A DNA stretch of 64,000 nucleotides from the human T2T-CHM13v2.0 reference genome, Homo sapiens (GCF_009914755.1 NC_060936.1); one strand, 5' to 3'; shown: positions 48,863 through 63,615, counted from the first letter of the stretch. Made by a program: numbers and translations. The notes: generated by a model from the letters alone, not told the origin.

Positions 48863-50848
48863 TGCAACTGGCATTGAGTACTGGTTCCCTGTGGAAGAAA
48901 GTAATTCCTCCAATTATTAATTTAAAAAAAGAATAAATTCTAAAGAATATATTATCTATAATCTTTCTTTTCTAAAGAATGAGATGAAAGTTTGGATTGA
49001 CTTCCTTCTTGCCCAGACTCTTTTTAAACTTCTCCCTTTTGATGTTTTTCTCATTACACTGCCATAAAAACATAGATCTGCCTGTGAGGATCATGTAATC
49101 TACCCAAATCCTTATTCTCTCCATGGTATTGTGCCCTTGGAGAGAGCTGACACAGGAGTGAACATAATTAATGATCGGTAGAGAAATCAAAAGCGATTTC
49201 TCTTTGTTTCTGAAATATTTTATTCCGTAAGAAAGAAAAATAAATAAAATTTCTTGATATTGCAGTTTCTGGCTATGATTTTTTTAGTTTAGAAACTCAA
49301 AGCATTGGGGGAATCTGAAATATATGTTAAAATTAATATGTGAATATTCTTTACTAACGTAAATCATTTTGTCAGTTTGGAAAGAAATGAAATCAAATTC
49401 ATCTTACTTATAACATTGAGATGAGGAGGTCTTTTAAGAGAAACTAGAAAAACAAAAGGGACATTTATTCATTATTTTTTTCTAGTACTTTTCAATTTTT
49501 GAGGAAAATTAAAATATCCTCAGTGGAGAAGAGGAATAATCTTTTTCTCAATCTTCACATGGTTAGGTGCACATAACTACAAAATCCCATTCTCACTCCT
49601 TCCCACTCCTCACTCCCTACACACATCACAGCAAGGTGAGGGTGAATAGTTGATATTCACACTAAGATCTTCTCTACATTTGGCCCAACTCTTAATAACC
49701 CAGGATGTCAGTATCTTCAGAGAGTCCCTGTGGGTCCATGCAAATAATGCCTGAAGTGAATATTTCATGGCTGGGAAATTAAGAGTTGAGGATAGTTCAG
49801 AAATTTCTTGTTTGTAGATAACACCAGGACATGATGAAGTAGTTCAGGTGGAAATCAGAAAGGTATTATGAATAAGTCTCTCTGAACCACAGTAAAGACT
49901 TAATCCCTGTGAAAGCAAAGGAAGTTAATTTGATTAGCACTTGCTTGAATTCCCTCAAATTCTTGGGCATCCTAGCATAACCTACAGGAATTTAGCATTT
50001 CAGTCAATTTCTTTACCCCCTTTTCCAGTCATTACCAGGTTGCTTTGATTATATTAAGTTAAAAACACATTCGATATGATTGGGGAAAGGAAGCAAAATA
50101 GCTTGAAGAAATACAGTGTTTGATGTCTTCAATTACAAAGGGGGTTGGGGTGAGTGTAGAAGAGATAGAAATGTGAGAGAACAAGCACACACTAGAGAGA
50201 AATGAAGAGATGGAGAGGAGATGAAACAGCATGCAGCATGCTGGATAACATCTCCATGGCAACCACATTACATGTACAGAGAACTGCCAAAATAAGTCAA
50301 GATCCAAGCAAGTAGGTGTTGGTGGAAAGAGAAGACAAGCACTCAGCAATGGGCAAAAACCACCTAGAGGAGATGAATTATCTTTGTGAATTTAACTCTT
50401 CTTCCCATTTGTTTTTCTAACCACACCCAAAGCTCTAGTTTGAGTGAGAATGTGTCTAAAGTGTCGAGGCTGCCAAATCCAGATCATTCAGGAAGGTCTC
50501 AGGATGACATGAATGAGGCTTAAAAAGCCCCCGATTGAAGCCAAGAGAAAAATCATTAAGTGAGGTAAATAATTTCCCTGTAGCAATTAACTCACTTTCC
50601 CAAGTTTTTTCAGCAACTTGCACAGAAGGAATATACTTTTTTATTTTCCAGGTGGCTTCAGGAGGGGTAACAAAGTTGATGAAAACATTATTGGGCAGGT
50701 AAAATGGAAACTATGAAGATAGGTACCAAGTTCATACATTAGGGAGCCAGGCTGTCCATTGGTGAAATCTATCCCTGTAACACAGGGAGAATCCTATTAA
50801 AAGTATAGTCAAGATGTCCCTAGAGAATATAGGTGCTCAGAATACATA

Positions 50849-51762
<914 letters not shown>

Positions 51763-51994
51763 CATGTTTCTTGGGACATTTAAAATTACCCAGCAAATAT
51801 AAAGTAAATACACATTTATATATTTTATATTTAAATATCAAAATATGTATATATGTGAAGGAAAAACTATAAAGCATGGCATATACCTTATAGCCCTTCC
51901 TCTACACCTTTAGGTCATCACATATAAGAACCGCAAGCTCTCCAGTATTTTTATGCCTTCCAGCAGCACTCGTGGAGAGCCCATGATAACATGC

Positions 51995-52190
51995 AACCCA
52001 GGGCTGCTTCTCACAGGTTTACATCCAGAGGCTGAGCTGGGTCCCTGACATTGGCCTGGAGAGCCTGTTAAAAATATGGATTCCTGGGCCACACTTGAAA
52101 GACAGGGATTCAATATCCCTGCTTCATAGTATGCATTTTAAATCTCCCTGGGTGGTTGTCTTGTGTAGACAGGCATGGAAACCATCAGAG
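51995..52190. mobile_element. MER5-type fragment
   Basis: cctggagagcctgttaaaaatatggattcctgggcc...tgcattttaaaatctccctgggtggtt. Confidence 0.6.
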
Positions 52191-52899
52191 GAAGCATACA
52201 TCCCTCCTTCCCCTTCTCCGGTGACTCCCCTACTCTCTGCCTTGCCAAGCAGTGGTGAGGAACCTTTTCCTTGCCTCTGGAACAGCAGCATCACACCTGT
52301 TAGAGAGCTGCTCCCAGGGCACTTATGAGACCAGAAAAGTGTCCTTCTGCACTGAAAAATGAGTTAGACCAGTTCTGGTCACCAACTACTACCATCTAGA
52401 GGAGTCTGCTCTCAGATGCACTCTCCTATAAATTCTGGGTGGAAGGGATAGAGGGGAACTAGGAAGAAAGAGAACCTAGGTTCCACCAGAGGACCGAGTC
52501 AGCAAGGGAGAGTAATTAGGTCTTAAGGTGCAATAAACAGCCAAATTTTGAATGAGAAATAAGCACACTCTTTTTTCTCCTGTCCATGCACAGAAGTACT
52601 TCCCTACATCATAGCCTTGCCAGAAAAATTAAAGATAAGTCAAAAGAGCCCTTGAACATCACACAGCTCAACACTCAGCTCTCGTACTGTTTGAGAACAC
52701 CATCATTTTCTGGTTTAGATTTATACAACTGTATATTTGGAGAAGCTCTTCCAAAACAAAATAATTGTATAAAAAATGAAATTAACCAGGTGAGGCATCT
52801 GACAAAGGCAGTGTCAAGTTTATGCAGCAAATGCTCATTGAACCCTATGATGTGTCAGGCACTGTGAACATGGGGATAAGTAAGAAAAGTCATCATTCT

Positions 52900-53085
52900 T
52901 CTCAAGCACTGATTGTGTTACAGGTGTCTTATGTATGTTACCTAATATAATTCCATGTTACAGATGAGGAAACTAAGGATCAGAAGGTGACTCATTTTGT
53001 TGAAGTCAGACAGCTAGTAAGTGACAGATTGGAATTAAAATTGAGGTTTACCCCAAAATTATACTTCATTAAGTCCACTACAGTA
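52900..53085 (-). mobile_element. MIR
   Basis: ttacagatgaggaaactaaggatcaga...cagctagtaagtgacaga. Confidence 0.85.
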
Positions 53086-53719
53086 GCTCCTTCCCAGTCT
53101 ATTGTGCAAGAAAATGTCATATATATATATATATATAAATTAATTAATATTGGTCACCACATATCCACTCTTCTCCTCTATTTTAATCCTCAAACAGGCA
53201 CCAAGGATACATGGAAATATGATGAGACAAAAAAAGAATGTGTCTTCTGAGAAGAGATGAGACACTACTCATATTACTTTTTCCAGGACTGGGGAAAGTG
53301 AAGAAAAGTCTCTGTGAATGAAGTAAAGGATTACAAAGTTTTTTATGGCCTTCATTTGCCTTTTCTTTCATTCTTCCCTCTTCATAAGACTTGAGCCTAT
53401 GTGTGCTCCTACTTTAGAAGTGACAGACTCTGAAGAATTAAGAGGATTTAAAGTGGTGTCAATGACAAGGAACAAGGAGTTTGCTGTTCTATGGAAAGCT
53501 GCAAAGGGATCTCTAAGCTTTCTACATTGTCCCACTCAATTCACCAAAGAGAGAAAACTGATGTGAAAGAAGTCTTTGTCAAGAAAATAAAGGAATTTGT
53601 ATTTTGGGGTGTATCCTAACCATCATATAGAAAACAGACAGGATAGGAAACCAGTGCATAAAGCCTACATCTTTCGCTCACCTCTCCCCTTCCTTCCCTT
53701 CTACCTTGCCAAACACTGA

Positions 53720-54350
53720 CCTGCCACTGTCATATCTCTCAGGTGTATGACCTAGCAATAACTGAGTCAAGGCAGCAAAGCTGAGGAGAGGAAAACCCCA
53801 TGAAAACAATGGTTTAAAGACTATGCTTGTTTTATAGAGAAGTAAGAACATAAGAAGCTGGTGGGGAGCAAGCTTCAGGCTTCACCAGGGGAGTTATTTT
53901 AGCTGGGTCTGAAAGAGCGAGTAGTCTACTTGGCAAAGAAGAGAAGAATGGAGAGTCCAGAGAGTGTGTCAGGTACAAAGAAGAGTATGGGAATGATGAA
54001 GGTATAGCTGCAGGACAGGAGGGAGGAAAGAGAATAACGGAGTCAGGGTGGGCAGAAGCAATGGAAGAAATAAGGCTGAAAACAGGGCCAATTGTGAAGC
54101 TTTTGAACAGGATGCTGTATTCCTATAAATAAGTACCCAAGAACAGTTTTCAAACAGGGCAGATAAGTGATCCAATTAATTTTTCTAATTAATTTTTTTC
54201 ATTGTTGTTAAGAAAAATAGTGGTTGGCATAAAGACAAGTTAAGCGGCTCATAGTGTAGATAAGGGAAACAATGCAAACCTGAACCCCAGTAGTGGAAAT
54301 GATGATTGCATGCTGGAGAATAATCTGAGACTATTGTGAAGAGTGGATGG
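53720..54350 (-). mobile_element. L2 fragment
   Basis: ggcttcaccaggggagttattttagctgggtctgaaaga...ttttcaaacagggcagataagtgatcc. Confidence 0.55.
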
Positions 54351-56509
54351 ATGTGACATGTGAAATGTAGTGGATTTAAATGCATCAATTGCTCCCTGTG
54401 ACTGCAGGGAGAATAAGTATAGCTCTGACCTCTGCAGGACACTATCAAGGTATGACACCTTGTATTTATGATCTTTCTTACTATAACTACAACCTCCTTA
54501 GGACTTCAAGGTCAAAGGTGAGCTGACTGGTTCTTATTAAAATTGGCAAAGGAAGAAGAAATGCTTGGGAGTCAAGAAGGAAAGGAAGCCTGGAGCATTA
54601 ATGAAGACCAAGAAGGGGTGCAGCATAATCATGTTGCACATTGGAAGACTGAGCTAGTATGAGTATACAGAATGATGTGAGGGAAACAGCATCCCACAAG
54701 TAAACTTTTATATATGTAACAAAAGGTGTGTAACTACCTTGGGAGCCCTCCTATCTTCAGACATGAGAATACTAGCTTGGAGTTCTTTAACTATCTTCAT
54801 TGTTCTTGTTCAGCCTTCTCAAAATCACCAACATCTCTTTTGCATGGTGGGATATAAGATGATTGCTTCAGTAATTATTCCAAAGTCCACACCCTGATGT
54901 CCTCTCAAATCTCAGAGATGTCAGTGCATATCATTTGAAAAAGTTGCCCCAGGAATAAAAAAGTTGCTAGAATCTACCTGCACCATGCAGTCTCACCGCC
55001 ACTAAAAACTTCTACTCCAATATGTGCCAGACCTATGCTGAATGAGAAGAAAGATTGCACACCAATTTGATACTTCAATGAACTCATATGGACTTGGGCT
55101 CCCTCTCATTACGGCATCATATTACAGGAACATGTTTAAGTCATGGCTCACTGTGATTCTCAGCTGTATGTTGCCATCCTCTTTCATCCTGTTTTCCTGT
55201 AAGTGAGCTCTTCATTATCAGTACTAATGGAGGACAGGGAGGGCATACCTAACCAAAATCAACAGATAACTCCAAAACTTATTGTAGGCAAAGGGTTCAA
55301 AATTCTCCCCCACCAAGCCCTTTGCAGAGCTCCTATCATGAAGCAGAACTTAATAATGCTTTAGCCGTTCTTTATGCTTCTCCATATCAGCTGGTGGAAG
55401 TCCTAACAAGCAGCAAAATGACCAAAACCCAGCAGGAGGGGAAAGGGTGAAAAGCAAAAGACCTAGAAACTGCACAAAGTGGGTAATAAGTGCCTGAATG
55501 ATGAGCTCTTGGAAAATCAGGCCCTGCTTGATGAGGTTTATTCCCCCACCCCCAAAATGCAATGAAGACAAATCACCCAGCAAGTTTGCTCTAAGATGTA
55601 AATTCTGAGTTGCCATGAATTACTCCCACAACTCAGGAGAGAGGCAAAGAATGGGAAAAGCCTCAATTTTCACTTTTTAAATGTGCAACCATAACCTTAA
55701 AATTCATCCAATTCAGGAAGCAGCTTGTCTCTAAATGTGATTAGAAAAAAAAACAGAACAGTCTATTGAGTCTATCAGGGCTTCTGACACACTCACAGAT
55801 GGTGCAACTAACATCTAGCTGAGTCCGTATCCCTACCCCATTTCTCCCTTGTCACCCTACTAGCTTTTGGGAACACCTGACTTTATCTCCCCTTGTATTC
55901 TTATCCCCTGTTCTCTCTTATGTAGGTGCTACAGTCACTAGAAGGAGACTTCTTATTTGACAGTGACATTCCAAAAGCAGGAACTAGAGTGCGGGGGCTG
56001 GAAGGAGCCTCAGCAAAGAGGCTCTACTCCATGTTCCTCATCCCAAACATTTTGTCCAAGGTTGCACTTAGGGACAATATCCCTACCAATGAAATAGAGC
56101 CTTTTAAAGAGATCAGAAGCAATATAACCTCATCCATTAAATCTGTGCAGTGAAAACATGGTATCCAAGTTAGCATTTTCTGTACTTTTGTGTGCATTTC
56201 AAGAATTTCACATTAAAAATGTTTCACTGTATAAAACACACACACACAAAAACAGTTAACCTGCACCAACACTACTGTTTCACTACTTAAGCAGAGAATG
56301 TTGATCCTGAGAGTGCATTTTGCTCAATCCAACATGTGACACTGCAACTTGCACCAAAGTCACAGATAAGATCACTTTTGCATCTGACATGTAGAATGAT
56401 AAATAGACCCCACCTGCTCTTCTCCATTGGGTAGCATTTCTTAAATGAGAAGCTGGGACATTATTCAGATGCAACTACCATTGCACAGAACAGCACTATT
56501 TCTTCCAGC

Positions 56510-56700
56510 TTCGGCATTCAGCTGGAGGTCACCTCCCCACATCATTATCAGGCCGTGCTCCAAGGTTGATGAGGCAATGAGTGGATAACACACACTGCTG
56601 AGGGATGCGCGTGCATGCTGTTCTATACTGATGCAATACCATGCGGTGGAGTTGGGGCGCGGGGCGCGGGGAGCGGAATGATTTTACATTTAGGAACGTC
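56510..56700. promoter_or_regulatory. CpG micro-cluster, candidate intronic regulatory element
   Basis: About 11 CpG in ~190 bp of non-repeat DNA, with ggggcgcggggcgcgggg and TGATGCAAT. Confidence 0.35.
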
Positions 56701-57124
56701 TCCAAATCCCAGCAAATCCCTGCCTTGTTGAAACAATGAAACCCTCCACAAGGAGAGCCCCTATAGAAAAGCAAGACAGTAGGGAATTTCTCAAAATGTT
56801 CCTTTTGTGGAGACAAGTAAATATTAGTTGAAGTTGCTTTGATAGTATAATTTCAATTTTGTATACGATAAAATGACTTGTGTCTGAATAAACAAAATAT
56901 ATTTATAACAGATTTTGAAAAGCCTGGCAGAAAATATTCAAAAAATATAACAGTATTACATCTTTGTGTGTGATAAAAATCAGTGTATTATATAATTGTT
57001 TCAAATATTTCCACAATGTGTATACATATATTACTTTTATGTACAGAAAAAATATATTTTAAAAACCAAAGAAGATCTACTTTGATCATCCGCATACAGT
57101 ACTACATAACAAATCAAAATTATT

Positions 57125-57442
<318 letters not shown>

Positions 57443-58028
57443 TAGAAACTTGGGAAGGTGACCATCCATTGAAACATTGTCTAAAAAAGCAGAATAAAAA
57501 TTAGGCACATGCTATGATGACAACTATATAAAAGTAAGCATGCATAAGGTCAAAGGCTACAGTAAATTAAAATACTTATGTTAGGATGGTGGGAATATCA
57601 GTGAACTTTCTTCTGTTCTGATTTTCGTATTGCTGCTGTGTACGTATTATATGCCTTGGGAAAGTTGGCTTCTCTGAGGTCCCATCTCCCCAATACCTGC
57701 AGTGCATTGTTGTGCTACAAAGTAGGACATATACACTTTCTGGAACTAATAGATAACTAATAAATGGTGACCACTAGGGTCTCCTAAATGGAAGTACAGT
57801 AAGCAAGCTTGGAACTTTTATCAAGGTATTACAAATAGTATAAGAAATCTGCAAAAGAATCACAAGAATTAACATGTATCACTTGTTTAACAGGGATCTC
57901 TGAAAAAAGATAGGGTTGGCAAAGGAAACTTGTCTGTTGAAAACCTACAAAAGAAGAATTAATGTATAAAAAAGTGACTTTTCTAGCACCTTGGAGAGGA
58001 GAAACCTACCTGAAAGGAAAAAAAATAA

Positions 58029-58321
58029 TTTTTTTTTTTTTTAGATGGAGTCTTGCTCTGTTGCCAGGCCGGAGTGAAGTAGCATTATCTCAGCTCACTG
58101 CAACCTCCGCCTCCTGGGTTCAAGTGATTTCTCCTGCTTCAGCCTCCCAAGTAGCTGGGACTACAGGTGTCTGTCACCACACCCAGCTAATTTTTGTATT
58201 TTTAGTAGAGATGGGGTTTCACCATATTGGCCAGGCTGGTCTTGAACTCCTGACCTTGTGATCCGCCCACCTCAGCCTCCCGAAGTGCTGGGATTACAGG
58301 CATGAGCCACCGCACCCAGCC
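58029..58321 (-). mobile_element. AluSc/Sg-like, flanked by T-runs on both sides
   Basis: tgttgccaggc and gaccttgtgatc deletions. Confidence 0.93.
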
Positions 58322-58812
58322 TTTTTTTTTTTTCTTGTCTAAATAAATACCTTTGGCAGATAACAATCTAGTTGAGATGGAAAGATTATAACTTCAGTGA
58401 CACCAGACCCTCAGACCACGTAATTCACTCCTTTTTCTCTTTCTAAACTTACCAGGGAATCTTTTTATTGTAACTGGGCAGAGGCAGCTCCAGAATTTCA
58501 ACAAAAGAGGACTGAAGGGCAGTAATACGCTGTCTGTCTGTGGGGAGGTGGGATGGGAGATGTCAGTACCCTGGGACTTTTCTTGAGACATCATCTGCAT
58601 AGTAAGTACACTGGTTTTATTCTCATTGTATTCCTATTTTCCAGGATTTGAAAGAGAAACTGATGGCAATTTTAAGGAGGTCAAATACCATCCCCCTCCT
58701 CTTGGCCTATGTAATTTCGCTAACTGTGGAATTTTTCTACTACAATGAGAACATAACGAAAAACCAACTTGAGGTGATTGACAAATCTTTTTAATAGATA
58801 TTTTTCAGTGAA

Positions 58813-59280
58813 TGTTTGGAGTTCATTAAAAATGACTGCAATTTCTCTATCACTTTCTCCATCAAGAGGTAGTCTACTTCTATCTTCCCCCATACCCCCA
58901 CTACCCTTAACTCTGGATTGGGCTGTAACTGCTTTGACCAAGAGAATACAGCAGAAGTGATACTTGCCAGGCAGCACTAGTCACAATGTTTGAGGAACCC
59001 CAAGTGGCCAAGTGGAAAGGCCCACATGGAAGAGAATTGAGTCCTGGTGACTCCCAGGTGACAGCTAGTACCAGTCTACCAGGCATATGAGTACTCCACC
59101 TTGGGAGTGGATCCTCCAGCCCTCGTCAAACACTCTAACTAATGCCACTTGGAGCTAAAATAAGCTGTCCCTGTTGGGTCCTTCCTAAACTGTGAAATTG
59201 TTAGCAGATAAATAAGTGTTGTTAACTTAACACAATAAGTTTGGAGGTGATTTGCTATGGAAAAATCCACAATGGAAACT
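58813..59280 (+). mobile_element. MLT1G/H-type MaLR LTR
   Basis: ctgctttgaccaagagaatacagcagaagtga...aggcccacatggaagagaa...gagtggatcctccagcc...aagtttggaggtgatttgctatg. Confidence 0.75.
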
Positions 59281-59334
59281 GTGTAACTAAATGATAACTG
59301 GTTTACATTTCAGTCTTTGATGAGTTTGGTGAGG

Positions 59335-59721
59335 TGTATTAATCTGTTTTCATACTGCTATAAAGAACTTCCCAAGACTGGGTAATTTTTAAAGAAAAAG
59401 ATTTAATTGACTCACAATTCAGCAAGGCTGGGGAGGTCTCAGGAAACTTACAACCGTGGCAGAAGGTGAAGGGGAAACGAGGCACCTACTTCACAAGGCA
59501 GCAGGAAGAAGAAGTGCACACAGGAAGAACTAACACACACTTATAAAACGTCGGATCTCAAGAGAACTCACTCACTATCACAAGAACAGCATCGAGGGAA
59601 CCACCCCAGTGATTCAGTTACCTCCACCTGGCCTCTCCCTTGACACATGAGGATTATGAGGATTATGGGGATTACAATTCAAGGTGAGATTTGGGTGGGG
59701 ACACAAAGCCTAACCATATCA
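59335..59721 (-). mobile_element. THE1D-type solo LTR, sense to GRIN2B
   Basis: tgtattaatctgttttcatactgctataaagaac...gagatttgggtggggacacaaagcctaaccatatca. Confidence 0.92.
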
Positions 59722-59874
59722 GGTTGGTTATTGCCTTGATTCTGACCAACTCTAGGAAACTTATGAAATTGAGATTGGAAGACTAAAAATTCATGGGGTG
59801 TCATAATCCTGTCAAAGCAATACTTTTTGTTTGACTTCTGCCTAAAGTACCACATTGGTCTCCCTCTGTAACAT

Positions 59875-60010
59875 ATTCAAAAAATTCATTTAACTAATAC
59901 TTACCAAGCAACTATTATGTGTGAAGCACTAGGGATTCAGTGGCACAAAAAAAAAAAAAAAGAAAAAAAAACAGACAGTTCCTGCCACCACAGTGTTCTT
60001 GGTCTAGTAG
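59875..60010 (-). mobile_element. L2 tail with an internal A-run
   Basis: attcatttaactaatacttaccaagcaactattatgtgtgaagcact...gacagttcctgcc. Confidence 0.65.
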
Positions 60011-63000
60011 ATGTCTAATTTCATCCCTCCAACTACAACAAGCAGTGCCTGCTCTAACTGAATTAACTACAACTGCACCATCCAGGCAAGATCACAATGG
60101 AAGGTTTTGTTTTGATGATGAAGACTGGATGACTAGCACAAGAAGCCCAGGACTATGCATTACAATGTGTGTTAAACTGCTGTCAGTTCAGTTTGGCTTG
60201 CTTCAAGCATAGCACTCAAAGATCCAGACAAGAACTCCACCAATCCTCCTGAACACAGCCTTACTTCAGTGTTCTTTGGATAAAAGACAAACACAAAGCA
60301 AAGCAGAGGTTCAGAAGAGCTGTGAGAAGAATCCTTGAAGGCCTGTTGAAAAATTCATATGCAACTCCTCTACCAAGTAAGTTGAGTCTTTGCTACACAA
60401 ATCAGTATTTGACAATTCAAACTCCAAGAAGTCTTTTCTTTCTACATTTGAATAATCTCAGCAATAACAGAACTTCAGCAATTTGCCGACAAATAATCAC
60501 ATTAATTAAGATTTGTATAAGTGTTTTATAATTTATGGATCTCTTTCATGTACGTAATTGTTCTTCCATTATCATTCTCAGAAAGTATTTCCCATAGGAC
60601 CTTAGCTTGATTCCTTCCAAGCTACTACCATCACATCCAGAGTAACAGAATTATAATTGTGAAAATATTCATAAGTTTACTGATTAAAAATATGTTCACC
60701 AGGATCTTTCCCTTAAAGAGGGAATCTCAAGGTATTTAATTTTTATTTGATAACTTTATGTGCTACCTAGATCCAAGGAGGACTTCATAACAGAACATAG
60801 CAGTCAGAGCATGTACATGGCATCTGTTTGCTCAGAGATTGATTGGTTTTCTGGTCTGGCCTTATTATGCTCTTGACTTCAGTAGACTAGGGAATGTCTC
60901 TGTATCAGTGATAAATGAAAAGATCTAGGATTGAAACTGTGATAAGTGGCTATCAACTAAACCAGGAAGCACAGCTGTTAAATAAGCATTACGATTTGAA
61001 CACAAGAATAGATTCCATTAATCCGCCCTCCAGGGGGGTCCATACACAATTAGTGAAAGTCTATCCATCCCTGAGAGCCAGCTCCATTATAACCAGGGAT
61101 TCAACTCACTTCCAAATACCCCATAAAGACCGACCCCACAAGAGTTAAAGAGTGGCTTTCCAGGGCTCTCATGCAAACAGGAGACCCCAGGCCAGCATTA
61201 AAAATTTTAAGTTATCATTTGCTCTCCCTTCCTGTCATACCACATGTTTATGTGCTTGTCAAACTCCCATTCCTTAGAGCTAAAGTCTCAGTCAGACTAG
61301 GAAGAAATAAATCTATGCATTCCAAATTAACTCATTGCTTACAAGTTTGTATAGAAAGGGCACTGCACAAACTTAGAAGAGGGTCATCATAACATGAACA
61401 TCGGTCATAGCATTTTTATGATGTCAATTTCCCAGCACATGGCAGGAAAGTGTTTGGAGGAATGGACACGTTAAAAAATTTGTGCAAAGGTGCCATGTGG
61501 GTTAAACTGTTTTGTGAATCACCACTACATTTTTATGCTCCCAGGGATACTTGTTTATTACCTCAAATAAATTTCTAATTGGGGAGGGTTTTTAGAAAAA
61601 GATTGTATGCAAGGGTTGGGCTTTTCTTTAAGTGATTTCACTCCCATATGGCCAGCTAGAGAAGGAGGGAAAGAAAAGATAACAGGCCTTTAAACCCCTC
61701 CCTTATTTGGGCATAATGAGAGACCTCTTGCTGATGCCCACTCTTCATATTTGTGTTATTCCTGAAATACTATTGTCAGCTCACAACTTTATATTTTTTA
61801 TCACTCACATGCTATATGTTCATTAGAGCAAATGAAAAAATGCAGTTAAGAAAAATAATAATAATTTCACTTTGTAGAGACAACCCACATTATTATTTTA
61901 GCAACTTTCCCAGATGAAAACATCTAGGCATCAATATGCAAATACAACAGAAATATATATCAATTATACATAACTGCTGTAATGTTTTATTTTCATTCAA
62001 TACTTTAATCTCTCTCTCTACACATACACACACAAATATGCAATATATTTTTAAAAATTCATAATCTTTCATTGAATTATTAACCAAAATTTAATCAACC
62101 CCCTCTTCATGAAAATTTAGGATGTTTTCAATTCACAAAAACTGGATAACCACCCTCATAGGCATATCTTTGTGCAATAAACCTTTTCCTTATTTTAAGT
62201 AAGGTTGACCACCATGGGATCCTTTTAACTTCAATCCATTTATTCCCAACTGCCTCTTCCCACTTGGGAAACATAAAAATACATACAGCAAATGTAATCT
62301 CACATAGTCACTTTCACTCACAATGACATGCAGATTCAAACTCAACTCATACAGAAATATACCCAGTATACAGATTCCTCATACATTCACTTGTCTCTGT
62401 CATCAAAAGAGAGGAAGAGGCTAGGATAAGGCTATGGCTGCAAGAAGATAGGGACAGGATAGCAGAGGAGTTCTGAAGATTGGGGAGAAATGAAAATTAG
62501 TCAGAGATTTATCAGAGAGATAAGAAAATAGTAATGTGGTCATGAGGCTGGCATCTCCAGTTATGAGAAGAAGGTATCAAAGTCATCAATTAGGAAAAGT
62601 CTGATGCTGAGACCGGGAGGCTGACAGTGACATGGATGCTCAAGGGTAGGATGCATGAGGAGGACTTAGCCAGATGGGGGCTACACCACCACCATGCAGA
62701 GCCAATGCCAGGGCTTGCGGGAAAACTCTCAATGAGAAAGGGAAAGGATGGAGGAGAAGGGCATGGGCTGATGAAAGGAAGAAGGATTTGATCCCTGTGA
62801 AACACACTGCTTGAATGGCCAATCCTTGAACATGCATTTTACCCAGTATCTTTTAACGACTCAAACCAAATCCTGACACACCAACAGATTTCTCTAACTC
62901 TGCATTCATCTATTTTCAGAATATGCTGAAATAACACCCACAGCATTACAGTTCTTCTTGGTCATCACACCATCCCCCAGTGCCATCCCAATCTCTAGGA

Positions 63001-63109
63001 GACACCCACATACCCACCTAATCTAGTGCCCCCCAAATCCTATTGGCACCATCTCCAAGTGAACTCCTTCCTTGCCAGTTAGACCCAGCACCCCATGTAA
63101 TTCCATGAG

Positions 63110-63270
63110 ATTTCTTCTCCCCATGGCTGCATCTATGTTAAATGAGATAAAACAGCATCTGCCTCACAGCATTGTTGTGAGAGCTAAACGAATTAATACA
63201 GGTAAAAGGACTTCTAAGTCCTTTGCCTGAGGCATTGTCAAAGCTCAAAAATGTTAACCATTATTATAAT
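63110..63270 (+). mobile_element. MIR 3' part
   Basis: aaatgagataaaacagcatctgcctcacagcattgttgtgagagctaaacga...gctcaaaaatgttaaccattatt. Confidence 0.8.
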
Positions 63271-63384
63271 GATTTCTCATTTGTAAATAAAACACATGTC
63301 ACTGATACTTTTATTCCTCATTTTTTACTGAGCCCTAATTTGGAGGAATCGGTTTCTTTCTGCCTAAAATATTAATGCCCCATG

Positions 63385-63615
63385 ACTGATTTCAGTGGAA
63401 TATCTTCACAACCAATACATCCTTAGGCAGCCCCTTCTCCAATTCCCAGGTACCTTTGTGTCATCATATAAGCATACCTGGATTTGACAATCCTATCCAT
63501 TCTTTTTTCCTTCCCCCTGATAATGATTTGCTGTGCATACTCATTTTCATATATCCACCATCCCTAGCAGGTGCTTTACACATAGGAGGTATTTAACAAA
63601 AGTTGAATTTGATTC
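63385..63615 (+). mobile_element. L2 3' end
   Basis: catatatccaccatccctagcaggtgctttacacataggaggtatttaacaaaagttgaatt. Confidence 0.65.

Noticed and set aside
55926-56153. + strand ORF starting at a good acceptor; similar + acceptor/donor pairs at 7833-7899, 13145, 24676, 50652-50698, 58645
   Set aside because: Antisense to GRIN2B, weak donors, unrecognised peptides; no consistent multi-exon model.
62840-63120. C/A-skewed stretch considered as a NUMT
   Set aside because: No recognisable mitochondrial gene or tRNA sequence.
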